From Negaprion brevirostris (taxonomy: Eukaryota), in the NCBI GenBank assembly GCA_030324005.1, contig JARDVH010000130.1, positions 20,726,456-20,790,455 on the forward strand: 64,000 nucleotides of DNA, given 5' to 3'. The position numbers were made by a program, and so were the translations under genes. Position 1 is the stretch's first letter; the number at the start of each line of letters is the position of its first letter. The notes below the pieces were generated by a model. That model was not told the DNA's origin. It ran no database searches and saw only the letters and a program-made list of their open reading frames with translations. Positions 50,883-63,399 of the stretch are shown in pieces.

Positions 50883-53800
50883 TGAGTCGGCCATTTGGCC
50901 TCTCAAGCCTGCTTCACCATTTAACATGATCTGCTATCTCAATGCCATACTCCCACTCTCTCCCTTTGATATCTTTAGTGTCTAGAAATCTATTTCCTTC
51001 TCAAATATATTCAGTGATGACCTCCACAGCTTTCTACAACAGCCTGTGGTTAGGAATTCCACAGCTTCACCATCCTCTGAAGAAATTTCTCTTTGTCTCA
51101 GTTCAAAATAGCCTACCACATATCCTGAGATGGTGACAGTGTTCTAGTCACCCGGGCCAGTAGAAACATTGTCCTGACATCCATTCTGTTCAGGCCTGTC
51201 AGAATTGTATATTTTTCAATGAGACCCCCTCTCATTCTTCAAAATTTCAGTCAACACAGTCCCAGTTGGCACAATCTTTTCTCATACAACAATCCTGCCA
51301 CCCCAGGAGTCAGCCAGGTGAACCTTAGTTGCACTCCTTTATGGCAAGCATATCCTTCCTTAGCTAAGGAGACCAAAACTGTACAGATTACTCCAGGTTT
51401 GGTCTCACCAAGGCCCTGAGCAAATGCAGCAAAACATCCCTGCTCCTGTCCTCACATCCCCTTGAAACGAAGGCCAACATTCCATTTGCCTTCCTAACTG
51501 ACTGCTGCACTCGTATGCTTGCTTTCAGCAACTGGTGTACAAGGACACTTGGGTCCATTTGTACATGAACATTTCTCAAGCTACCACTAATCTGTTTGCA
51601 GCTGGATCCTTGACATACAGCTCTGAAATGTGGATTTCAAGTGGCTGAGGCTGGAGGCATTTCCTGAGCATGTGACCACCCTGGACACTGGAAATGTCCC
51701 TGACTTCCCACATCGAACAGGAGGAACACATTGTATGGCCGAGCTGCCCTGCTGAGACTTACCTTTAAATTACTCCCTGTACTTTCCTTCCTCTAGTTTA
51801 AAGAATATATACTTGGGACCTTACTTTGCTACCGATACTTGAAATATTACGTACATCGAAGCAAACAACCAATATTTAGTTTAAACGCTGGTTGGTAGAA
51901 ATATTTACCAGATCTGACTTACCCAGGCCACTGCTCCCCTCGCACTGGCTCCCGGTCCCATTAGATGAAATGATGCTTCCCCTGTGATATCATTGGGTGT
52001 TTTAAAAAATTATCCTCTTGTGCTACCTTTCAACCCCTGAGACTGGATTTTACAGCCTCGCTTGGAGGAAATTCCTGTCCAAGGTTAGTGGAGATTTCTG
52101 TTGTCAGACCACTGCCTGCGCTGATTCTGTTGTGGGTGAGGTGGTAGAGATCTGACCCTGGTCTCCTAAAAGCTTCTTCCTGTAGCAAAGTAAGAAACAG
52201 ATACTTGAGACTGAAGAGTGGTAGAAAAAGAAAGGAGCACTGAACTCCTCCAGTCGCCAACCTGCCCCACTCACCAATCTCCCTCACTTGCCAATCTCTA
52301 CCACTCATCCAACTCCCCCACTCACTGAATTCCGTCACTCACTGAACCCTCCCCCCCACCCCCCCACCACTCGTCGAACTCCCCCACTTGCCAACCTCCA
52401 ACTTAAGGACTCAGATGTAGTCCAAAGCAACACTCCAGTGGAGACAAGGCAGCACGAAAGAAGGCCTGTTTCTATGCTCCCTGATTCANNNNNNNNNNNN
52501 NNNNNNNNNNNNCACAATTCCAAGAAGAGCTGATAAATGCTGGGTTTAAAGCTGCACTGAGTCACAACTTCCCCCAACCCAAAGGACATCTTTTAATTAA
52601 TTGCTCAATAAAAGAAAAGATTAAAAGTAGAAACTAACTTTTCAAGATTGTGTTGGAACATTTGGCCAGCACTCACAATAGGGATCCAGTAGCACTGTTT
52701 GAAATTACGTCAGTTAAGAATAGATACATTTAATATCCGTTTTCTGTGAATTTTAGCCTCAAATCAAGATCTGTTTAAATAGATACACTGATGGCATTAG
52801 CATGATTTCTGTCTGGGAGGAGACATTTAAGCCAGGGACATCAAGGAACTAAATTTATTGATGGGGGGAAGAACTACTAAGCTTGTTAAAGTGTGGTGGA
52901 TTGTTGACCATACCTATTGACGTTAACTTGTTCTCCCATGCTGTTAGATTTAACCTTTTTATCCTGTTAATTCCCTTAATGAGGTCATCAGAATTCACTG
53001 TTTAAGCAAAAATCTATTTGAAGTCAAGCTAAGTTGACCACAGGAGGATTATATCTTTAATTATAATTATTCCTAGCTCTTTGATTTTTCAAAGGAATAT
53101 TGACTGTGAAACTCGGGTCCAATCCTAACATTGTCATCAAACCTGCTGACCAGTGTGGTGCTTTTATGCAATTCCTACAGTGCAGAAGGAGGCTATTTAG
53201 CCCATTAAGCCTGCACCAAGGCCCTATNNNNNNNNNNNNNNNNNNNNNNNNNNNNNNNNNNNNNNNNNNNNNNNNNNNNNNNNNNNNNNNNNNNNNNNNN
53301 NNNNNNNNNNNNNNNNNNNNNNNNNNNNNNNNNNNNNNNNNNNNNNNNNNNNNNNNNNNNNNNNNNNNNNNNNNNNNNNNNNNNNNNNNNNNNNNNNNNN
53401 NNNNNNNNNNNNNNNNNNNNNNNNNNNNNNNNNNNNNNNNNNNNNNNNNNNNNNNNNNNNNNNNNNNNNNNNNNNNNNNNNNNNNNNNNNNNNNNNNNNN
53501 NNNNNNNNNNNNNNNNNNNNNNNNNNNNNNNNNNNNNNNNNNNNNNNNNNNNNNNNNNNNNNNNNNNNNNNNNNNNNNNNNNNNNNNNNNNNNNNNNNNN
53601 NNNNNNNNNNNNNNNNNNNNNNNNNNNNNNNNNNNNNNNNNNNNNNNNNNNNNNNNNNNNNNNNNNNNNNNNNNNNNNNNNNNNNNNNNNNNNNNNNNNN
53701 NNNNNNNNNNNNNNNNNNNNNNNNNNNNNNNNNNNNNNNNNNNNNNNNNNNNNNNNNNNNNNNNNNNNNNNNNNNNNNNNNNNNNNNNNNNNNNNNNNNN

Positions 53801-54152
53801 NNNNNNNNNNNNNNNNNNNNNNNNNNNNNNNNNNNNNNNNNNNNNNNNNNNNNNNNNNNNNNNNNNNNNNNNNNNNNNNNNNNNNNNNNNNNNNNNNNNN
53901 NNNNNNNNNNNNNNNNNNNNNNNNNNNNNNNNNNNNNNNNNNNNNNNNNNNNNNNNNNNNNNNNNNNNNNNNNNNNNNNNNNNTAGGGCTTTTATCACCT
54001 TGTTTGCTTATGTATGTAGTCTGGTACATACGCAAATAGGGCTTTGTAAGTTTTAGTGTTTTAATGCGTTTTGGATTGTATTGAGTGCCCTGTTAACATT
54101 CTGTGATCTAGGAGGCATTGTTTCACGGACCAGACATTGATTACTTCTATTA

Positions 54153-54300
54153 CACCTGCACAGTTTTGGACTGTGGGAGAAACCCACACAGACATGGGGA
54201 GAACATGCAAACTCCACACCGACTATCACCTGAAGCCAGAATTGAACCCAGGCCCCTGGCACTTTGAGGCAGCAGTGCTAACCATTGTACCACCGTGTCG
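54153..54300 (-). mobile_element. HE1-type SINE 5' half
   Basis: tRNA head and V domain. Confidence 0.85.
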
Positions 54301-54309
54301 CCTGTTTCA

Positions 54310-55095
54310 GTTGTCTGGAAAACCAGCCTCTACTATGCAGAGGAAAAATGCTCTCCGGCGCTTCTTCCGACCTCCCCCCGGATTATGATCCCACCGCTAA
54401 AAGGTTGATTTATCATCCCCAGGTCTGCACATCCCCATTCTGTAACCCACTTCTGCCTCCTTCCCAAAATCAGGATTCCCCTGGTAGACTTATCACTTCA
54501 GATTATTCCTACTGAATTTGTCCCGCTTTCACCTTTGTATATTTTTCTTCCCTTAATTACAGTCTTCCGATGTCATCTGTCTCTTTAACAGTTTCCAATT
54601 TCCTGCCACTAACTATCTCCTCTTTGCCATAGATTTCCAATCTCTTGAGACCTACCAGGACACCCTGAGGGTTTTCTGAGTTTTCCTTCAATGGAGGGTC
54701 AATAAGCCTCCGCCAACCACTACCCTCCTCTACCTGGCAGGACTGGCTTTCACATTGAACAAATTCTTTTTTAACGCCACTCATTTGCTCTAGGTAAAAT
54801 GTGTTGCTATGGTTACCCACATAGATCCTAGCTAAGGGTGCCTTTATTGTGGGATATGTGCAACATTCCTGATTCAGGCCCATAAGGGCACTTCCCGCAC
54901 CTCTTTATCCTGTGCTATTTCTGTTACCCCCCTCCCCGCCCCCCCAGCTTGCCACCACACCCAACAACAACTCTCCCTCTCAGCAGTCTGAAGAAATTGT
55001 TCCCTCTGTGATATCCTGATCCATTCTGCAGGACTCCCTTTCCATCTCCCACAGAAGATGCAACATCTGGTGTTTTCCTTCCTCTCTTCTTTACC
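54310..55095 (+). mobile_element. Penelope-like element RT remnant with start of linker/endonuclease region
   Basis: LLPKI, FNSFQFP...LFAIDFQSL, TTTLL.LA, CVAMVTH..PS (GVAMGT), VGYV, PLSA..RNCSLCD, RRCN. Confidence 0.8.
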
Positions 55096-55149
55096 AGATG
55101 AAGAATTGATTGGGCCTGCAGACTCAGGCTGCTGCCCCTCATGGCTGAT

Positions 55150-57636
55150 TGGATGCCACTTCCAAGAAGATCAGACCTGAATAATCCTGTTTCAGATCCT
55201 GGGCATCATGTGGGGAAAGATGAGGTTTGGTCACTCTCCAGCCATTGCGTCACATAGGGATGAGGGAAGACATTAGGGCTAGATAACTTTGCTAACTCTC
55301 TCTCTTTCTCTTTTCCATGTCCTCGCAGACCGAGAGTGGATTTTGGACTGGAGCCATTCCAGGTAGCAATGGTTCTGATTGTTGGCACCAAGGCAAGCGG
55401 GAGGTAGGGAGAGCACCATGTCTAACCAAGGCGTGACCCTGCACCACAGGAGCTGGAACCCAAAGTTAAGGGAGCTGCTGCTGAGGCGCAGGTGCCGGCC
55501 ATCCATCAGACCGTGGAGGGGACAAGACAGTGTGACCTCGGGTCTACAGGAGGCACTGGTCTATTGAGGTACTGCCGGACCACATGTGCCACAGAAGACT
55601 GCACCTGCAAAGGGAGACGGTGCGGCATCTGTACCATGTGCTCGAGCACTTGGCATCTCGCCTTGCAGACACTTCCTCCTGACAAGCATGTCTTTGCTCT
55701 GCATCCGTAGCAACACTGGAATGAGCTTTCCCAGAGGAATGACATCTGCCTTAGGGGCACGCTGGTTCCTGGGAGCTGTCTTACGGTCGGCTTGTCGGAA
55801 AGTTCCTACCTCCACTTGCTTTGCAGCAGCAGCTGTGTAAGACTCGCTAGAAAGTGGCCCACAAGCCTGGCCACTAATATTTCCCACCAAGGTAAGTGTA
55901 TCTGGTGCAAGTGACAGCACTGCCGAGAAATCAGTGCCTTCCCTGGAGCTGTGGTCCAGGTTGCTCTGAGAGGCTGGACGAGGGCCTCCAGATGGCCTGG
56001 CCTCATTGGATAGTGATCCTGGAAAAGAGAGGGCAAGGTTAGATTTTAGGATCCTCAATGATGTTGAGAACGTTAAGCTCACTTGAGATATGGATGAAGG
56101 TGCTTTGGATTCTCACTTGCTTGGGGGTCCCAACTTCGCAGTTGGCTACTGACTGCTCCTGGGCCTCCTCTGTGATTTCCAGGGCTTTTTCTCCAAATCA
56201 GGGTAAGGTTCCTCAGCATGGGTTCACTCCCACCCATCTTTCCTCATTCTCTCCTGTCATGTGCTGTCTTACGCTTTTGGAAGAAAAAAAGGAGATTTTG
56301 AGAGGGTGGCAAGCTGGGTTTGGGTACTGAAGGGGGAAATTATTAATCAGCCAGTAAGGTTTTAGACAGAAGACATAAGGTACTGACAGCATTACCAGCA
56401 AAGAATTAAATTATTTTTGAAACAATGTAAGGAAACCAATGAAACAAGTAGTTTAAACATATGTGGATGCAGTGAGGGAATTAAATAAATAATTATGATT
56501 TAAAGCTGATATTTTAAATGCATTTTAAGTATTGAATGAATTCTTCATTTCAGTAGTTAGCAGAGTTCATATCAGAAAGTTTATTGTGATGGTACACATT
56601 TTGCAACTTTAGAATAGGGACATTCATTGTCTAGCCATAGAATAGATGTGTACCTGGATGCAGGATCACGTGTCTAACCAGTTTTAGCAATGCATCAGTG
56701 GGAATGTTCACTTTGACCTCTATGATGACTGTCTTTCATTACATAGCAACAGGGAAGTGAGTTCAGCCAGGATGGGAGTCAGCGTCCGGGTTAATTGGAC
56801 GAATGAGATCTCATTATGCTAGATGTTAAAATGCAATTGGCTGAGTAATTTGTCAGAGACTGTTACTGATGTATGTTTACTGAATNNNNNNNNNNAACAA
56901 TCTATAATTGATATGTTTTTGTTTGTACATGTTGGATTCATTAGAGAGGTTCTGCCACTCTTTTCCAGAGCTGCTTAACCCTTTTGATGGTCACCAAACA
57001 ATTGCTTGTTGTGTTTTTGTTTTAAATAAATGTTACATCTTGATAAAGAGATATCTGCCTCATGAGTTTTATATTGTCTATAGTTAAAGACAGTATTGGC
57101 AATCTCAAATTACCTTACATGGCTGTGATTAGGGTTGGAAATGATGCCATGGTGGACAAGTGGTACGCACACTTACAGCTCTGAGGGGCTTGTTAATTTT
57201 CTTCCTGCACTGAACAGCTGTTCTCCAGGTCAGACTGTTGCTGCTGACTGCCTCAGCCATCACCTCCAAGGCTTCTGCCACCACATTTGCAGGTAGTTTC
57301 CTGCCTTCCCTGGTGAAGGGGATGGCCCTTCTCTTTTCAATGGCGTTCAACACCCGGTCAACGTCCACATCCAAGAAGCGAGGGGTCGGTCTCCTTCTGG
57401 CCATCTTCCCTGGTTATGTGACTGTAGGGTGTACGTGGAATGCTTTTAATCTGCTCCCAGTTGTTGTTCCTTCAGATGATACCCATCAGCCCTCACTGGA
57501 GTCAGAGAATCTGTGTGTTTCTCGTGGGGGCTAGGATAGTCCATTTGAAAAGACAGTGTGGCTTGTGAACAGTGCTGCCAGTGGAAGCAGAATCCCTCCT
57601 GAGAGCACCTTGTCTCAAAATGGGAGAATCGGGCCC
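55150..57636 (-). mobile_element. Harbinger transposon remnant: spliced Myb/SANT-like DNA-binding gene (pseudogenised) plus TIR
   Basis: Exon 1 57404-57177 (PRF...R..AIEKRR...RTAVQCRKK), GTAAGT donor; exon 2 56273-56117 (RKTAHDRRE*GKMGG); exon 3 from 56018; TIR gggcccgattctccc ending at 57636. Confidence 0.85.
56426..57119. mobile_element. Probable solo LTR
   Basis: Termini TGTAAGG...CCTTACA (7-bp inverted), AATAAA near 57025; no clear TSD. Confidence 0.55.
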
Positions 57637-57670
57637 ATTATGTTATAACAGGAGAAAAAGCATATATATA

Positions 57671-57983
57671 TATAGAACATAGAACATCGAACAGCACAGT
57701 CCAGGCCCTTCAGCCCTCGATGTTGTGCCGAGCTTAGTCCAAAACCAAGATCAAGCTATTCCACTCACTATCATTCTGGTGTGTTCCATGTGCCTATCCA
57801 AAAACCACTCAGAAGTTCCTAAAGTGTCCGACTCCACTATCACAGCAGGCAGTCCATTCCACACCTCAACCACCCTCTGAGTAAAGAACCTACCTCAGAC
57901 ATCCCTCCTATATTTCCCACCAGGAACCTTATAGTTACGTCCTCTAGTAACAGCTACATCCACCTAAGGAAATAGTCTCTGAA
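57671..57983 (-). mobile_element. CR1 3' end
   Basis: (tagaaca)n tail and CR1 C-terminal region. Confidence 0.85.
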
Positions 57984-57987
57984 CGAA

Positions 57988-58232
57988 TAGTGGTATTTGA
58001 ATTCAATAACAAATATCTGGAAATAAGAATCGACTGATGAAAACCATTGTCGCTTGTCAGAAAAAAAGTATTTGGTTCACTAATGTCTTTCAGGGAGGGA
58101 AATTTGCAGTCCTTATCCCGTTTGGCTGACATGTCACTCTAGAGTCACAGCAATGTGGTTGACTCTCAACTTGGGCAACTAGGGATGGGCAATAAATGTT
58201 GACCAGCCAGTGACATCCTTGGCCCACGAATT
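57988..58232 (+). mobile_element. tRNA-derived SINE family B, 5' truncated
   Basis: Reverse complement of 10120 and 28033 copies; tail gggcaactagggatgggcaataaatg. Confidence 0.8.
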
Positions 58233-59159
58233 GATGGTAAAACAAAATCAGCAATGAGTATTTTTATAGGCTGGATTTTTGCTTTGAGGTCTGGTTTGAT
58301 TTTGGATGAAGATTCCTCATTGGCTGATGGGGGAACGATAGCTTTCAAGCCCCCATGGTTCTGCCCAAAATGAAAATGGTCCACACTGACACACCCCTCT
58401 CCGGCACCAATCTTTGGATCTCCCCCCTTCCCATGTCTCCTCCAGAATTGGAAATTCTGCTTCTTGTGTCGACAATAGTATTTATTACTTCATAAACTTT
58501 CTTCTTCATTTTGAAAATGAAATTACAATGTCAGAACCTCCGTTTTAAATCAAAATCTCCACGTAGGTTTATTAATATAACTGAATGTTACTGGCAAGCC
58601 ATCTGAAATAGCTCTTGGCCTAATTAATTCTATCAGAGGTTTTGCCTATAAACTTGACAACATGGTTATGCCATGTGAAATTCACCTCATTTTAAAAGTT
58701 GTGATGGAGTGAAACATTGTCTCTTTCCTTTTTGTATCTTTTCATTTTCCAACCCTTTCCTGTCTCTTCAGAGACCAACTTCCCTCTGGCGCACCACCTG
58801 ATCGAATACCATCTGTGAAGAAGGTAGAGATTTGAGGGTTTGAGTTTTATGTGGGAGTTCTGCAGATTGGCTTGTATCAGTTTGCCAGAAGGCCTGCCAA
58901 ATCGCGATTGAATGGCAGGAAGGCAACTGCAAAAGCTTTCATAACAAAGAAAGAATGGATGCTTACGGCACCTTTGATGTAGCAGCTAAACAGAGACAGT
59001 TTATATTGTTACAGGACTGTGAAACCAGTGTTCCAGGTTATCACATTGGCAGGAGTGACAGGGATGAAACAAGGAGGGTTTGGTGGACAATTTTAGTCTG
59101 AGATTCTACCCATAACATTAGAACATAAGCATTTAAAACTTACAAAATGAGAAGTGACA

Positions 59160-59715
59160 GAGAATCACAGAATTGCCACAGAGCAGAAGGAGGCCATTCA
59201 GCCCATCATACCTGGCTTTCTGAATGAATATTTTGCCTAGTGCCGTTCCCCTGCCATCTTCCTATAACTCTGCTTCATGATCCCTCCACAAATGCAAACA
59301 GTTTCTCCCCCCATTTACTCTGTCCTGATCCCCCGTGAATTTGAGTACCTCTATCAAATCTCCTCTTTGCCGCCTTTTCTCTGAGGAAAAGAATCCCAAC
59401 CTCTATCTTCATAACTGAAGTGCTGATCATTGTTGGAACCATTCATTGAATTAAAATTCCTGCAGTGCAGATGGAGGCCATTCAGCCCATTGAGTCTGCA
59501 CTGACTTACCCCACATATTTCCTAAAGTATATACCTTGGGACAGTAAGTAACAACTTAGCGTGGCCAGTAAACCGAACCTGCAAATTTTTGGATTATGGG
59601 AGGAAACAGACATGGGGAGAATGTGCAAGCTCCACACAGTCACCCAAGGCCAGAATTGAATCTGGGTCCCTGGCGCTGTGAGGCAGCAGTGCTAACCACT
59701 ATGCTACTGTACCAC
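59160..59715 (-). mobile_element. Old CR1 3' fragment (~59160-59440) followed by HE1-type SINE (~59455-59715)
   Basis: CR1 tail gaaggaggccattcagccc; SINE head ccctggcgctgtgaggcagcagtgctaaccac. Confidence 0.8.
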
Positions 59716-60253
59716 TCCCAACTTTTTTAAACCCCTCCAGCACTCTCATTAGGCTTTCACAGCCTTTCTCAACCGTGGCTCCGCCAAAGGATGGATTTGT
59801 TCGATAGAAGTATCGAAGTTTATAGAAAAAGGATGGGGGAGGTGGAATCAAAATGCAGCTTAGCCATTATCTAACTGAATGGTGAAAGAAGTCATTGACC
59901 CAGACCTTCCAGTCTCCTGACCATCAGATACTTGGGATGGGATCTTCCCATCCTTTCCAACAGCAGGTTTTCCAACAGCTTGACATGAATTCATTGGGAA
60001 ATCCCATTGACAGTAGCAGGACCTGAATATTCCACCTCTGGTAAATGAGGGACCATTCTTCACCACCATCAAACACGTCGGGTGGCCCAGAGAATCCCGC
60101 CTACGTGGTACATCACACAAGGTGTGTATCAGAACCCTTTGGTAGCCCCATTTGCAGGAATTGCGTGTATAGATTGAGCGTCCAATGGGTAATTCCCCAT
60201 AGGGTCCTGCGCAGGTGTCTCTGAGGTAGAGTCAGAGACTTTGGACCGTTCCA

Positions 60254-60830
60254 GCAAAGAGCAAAAGAACAAAGAAAAATACAGCACAGGAACAGGCCCT
60301 TTGCCTCTCCAACCCCATGCCGATCATGATGCTTTCACTAAACTGAAAGAAAAGCCTCCTGCGATGAGTTGGTCCCTATTCCTTGATTCCCTCCCGATTC
60401 ATGTACCCATCTAAATGTCTTTTAAATGTTGCTAGTGTGCCTGCTTCCACCACCACCACCTCTGGCAAAGCGTTCTAGGCACCCACCACCCTGCATGAGA
60501 AACTTACCCCGCACATCTTCCTTCAACTTTCCCTTTCTCACCTTGAACCTGTGCCCCCTTGTAATTGACACTTCCACCCTGAGAAAAAGCCTCTGACTAT
60601 CCACCCNNNNNNNNNNNNNNNNNNNNNNNNNNNNNNNNNNNNNNNNNNNNNNNNNNNNNNNNNNNNNNNNNNNNNNNNNNNNNNNNNNNNNNNNNNNNNN
60701 NNNNNNACTTGAGTGGCAACCTTCAGAGATCTGTGGATATGAACCCCAAGATCTCTCTGTTCCTCCACATTCCTCAGAACCTTTCCATTGACCCTGTAAT
60801 CCGCATTCAAATTTGTCCTATCAAAATGAA
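60254..60830 (-). mobile_element. CR1 LINE 3' portion
   Basis: QRDLGVHIHRSLKVATQ, ITRGHRFKVR; gaacaaa tail; same family as 646-1096. Confidence 0.9.
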
Positions 60831-61229
60831 TATGGATATTAGATATTCATTAAACTATATATATTCATTGAAGGCTGTCACTTAACCTTGAGTTGTAAAG
60901 GGTTTTCATAAATATCTAGAGAATTTTGCCCCAATGCTATCTTAAAATTCACTTATTTCTCCATAATTGTAATATTGCACACTAACAAGATTTTTGGATG
61001 TATTGAAGGAGCTTTATTTCATTAGGAAAACAGCAATACTTTCCAATAAGCGCTGTAAAGTTAAGGCAAACAAGTCATGAAGGACTTCTTTTTGGTTTTT
61101 CTTTCATTTTCACAACCACTACTGTATCTTTTTTTGAGAAACAGTGTGTTCACACAGAGTGTTCTGAGTGACAATACATAGTTACTTCTGCTTAATTAAT
61201 GCTTTCCCAAACTGGTCTGGGAACTTTCA

Positions 61230-61405
61230 TAAAAGCAAAATACTGAGGATGCTGAAAATCTGAAATTAAAAACAGAAAATGCTGGAAAAACTCAGCCGGT
61301 CTGGCATCATCTCTGGAGAGAGAAACAGAGTTAATGTTTCAACTTCGTATCAGACTTTCTCCACCGATGTTGTCAGACCTGCTGAGTTTTTCCAGCAATT
61401 TCAAT
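61230..61405. mobile_element. Short inverted-repeat element (probable PLE-derived)
   Basis: tgctggaaaaactcagccggtctggcatcatc pairs with gatgttgtcagacctgctgagtttttccagca. Confidence 0.7.
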
Positions 61406-61522
61406 TCTTGTGGTCAGGGAACTTACCCTTCACGTCTTCTCCTCCACTCTGGGGCAGCTGGAGGGGGATCCATTTGAGGCATTAGGGCACTGAACCCAAG
61501 AGCTGTAAGTGGGGAGCTACAG

Positions 61523-61819
61523 AAACTGCCTCACAGCGCCAGCGGCCTGGATTCAATTCCAGCCTCTGTCTGTGTGGAATTTACATGTTCTCCCTGTGTC
61601 TGCGTGAGTTCCCTCTGGGTGCTCTTGTTTCCTCCCACAGTCTAAAGATGTGCAGGTTAGATTGATTGGCCATGCTCAATTGCTCCTTAAAGTCAGGGGG
61701 ATTAGCAGGGTAAATACACGGGGGTTACGGGGATAGGGTCGGGGTGGGATTGTTGTCAGTGCAGTCTCAATGGGCTGAATGCTGGCCTCCTGCACTGTAG
61801 ACATTCTATGATTCTATGA
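61523..61819 (+). mobile_element. HE1-type V-SINE
   Basis: Head, V domain, attctatgattctatga tail. Confidence 0.9.
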
Positions 61820-63399
61820 AACTGTAGATTTCTTCAGTGACATATTTGTTGGCACACTTTGAAACTTTTCACAAATGGAGAGCTGTACTTAAGTGATCAA
61901 ATGCCCTGCAGATAGTGGCCTCCATTTTCCCTTGTTTGACAATAATAGCATCATATTTTGTAAATGGAGTGTGTGTGCCAACCAGCAGTGCCAGGAAAGG
62001 AGATTTAACAATTTCATTAAAGAGGAGGCAAATTGAAGCAGATAGCACTATGACAGGCAAAACTCAAGGCCACACGGAAACTATACAATTGTCTGATGCA
62101 AGATGATTATTCCCCAGAGGAGGTCAATACTTCTCTCATGGGGGACTGTATTAATATGTTTGGGTGATAGTCTCTTTATTCTTCTGGTTCCAGGTTCTTT
62201 GACTGGCAGGGCAGGAATCACTGAGGTGCGTAAACAGCAGAANNNNNCAGAAGCTTCAATCTCCTTGGGAAGAATTCTGAATATCTTTTGAACCAAGTGT
62301 GGTGCAAACATAGTAGGTGTGTCATTCCAGCACAGTGCTTTGCATTCATTTCCATTTGCTAGCAGAGAGTGTGGCTTAGCTGAAATAAACTGTGGTTAAA
62401 GCGTCCATTAGAAAATGTACTTCCATCCCATCAGCAAAGGATTAACGTCAGTCCATCAAAATTTTTCACTGTGATGGACACAAAGACAGCATTTTTCAAA
62501 CCCCAACTTTACGATTGGTCTTTAAAATTTTTTAAAAGCCGTTCCCAGAACATATTTAAATTTCAGCAAACTCAATCTCTCTGCAATTTGTGAGGATATA
62601 GTAATTTAGTCAGAAGCACACAGACTCCATTCTTGACAACACTATCATACTGTAATCCGGCATTGTTTACAATCTAAATCTAATTAACAGGTGTACAGGA
62701 CTGGGGAGGAAATCAATACTTAATATGGTTTTCACAGCTGCTTTCCTCAGCCTCACTAACATCTGAGAGGAAAAGTCAATACTGCAGAACCTTTACGTTT
62801 GCACTTTGTTATATTTCCACTGATAGCGGCAAGGTCAATTGTGACAGAATATGCTACCAGACATCAACGTAAATTCGGTAATTAATAGCTGGTTATTGAG
62901 CGGCACAATCTGAGCCTTCAGTCAGGACTGCTGAGATGATCCCCAGAGTGTCATACAGATGCGTACTGCAGTGCGATCCAGCATTCACAAAACCACAGGC
63001 CATATCTTCAGAGGCAAACTAGATTCATTCTTTAGCAGCAGTAATGGCAGCGATGTAACTCCTTATCTCCCTTGGTCTTCCTCTCACTTCTACAATCTAT
63101 TGGCTATTAAAACCCATGCTGGGCATAATCTGGCTATTACCTCTTGATTGATATCATCTCTTTTACTCATTTCAACCTTTGCAGTGCATTAAGAATCTTG
63201 ACCTTTTGACTAGCTTTCTCAATTAAAACATAAATCCTGTTTTTTTCCCCAATGCCTTTGAGCTCCCTGTCAATAATTTTCTAAGAATTACGATGTGATG
63301 CTCGAGCACGGGCAGTCTACCTGCTAGGCTCAGCTGATCATACAGATGATGGTCTGAATTTTTGTCAGGACAAAAGGCTCACGCACTTTAACCAAAATG

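Larger units (their letters stand above)
50297..52030 (-). mobile_element. CR1 LINE, internally deleted, tail interrupted by two SINEs
   Basis: Tail aaacatagaaaataggagc at 50298 resumes at 50885; RT end KANGMLAF...ALVRPNLE; ORF1 zinc-finger-like CSSCSMWE near 51700-51730. Confidence 0.75.

Noticed and set aside
54557-54883. 108-aa minus-strand ORF considered as a possible viral insert
   Set aside because: It is the antisense of a Penelope RT remnant
55561-56082. 173-aa ORF as a possible host gene
   Set aside because: It is the low-complexity exon 3 region of the Harbinger Myb/SANT gene
58772-58823. Plus-strand exon-like segment after a long pyrimidine tract; minus strand gives VVRQREVG, loosely like ABI2 VARREIG
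   Set aside because: Weak donor and wrong strand for the host; the minus frame stops immediately, so similarity is likely chance
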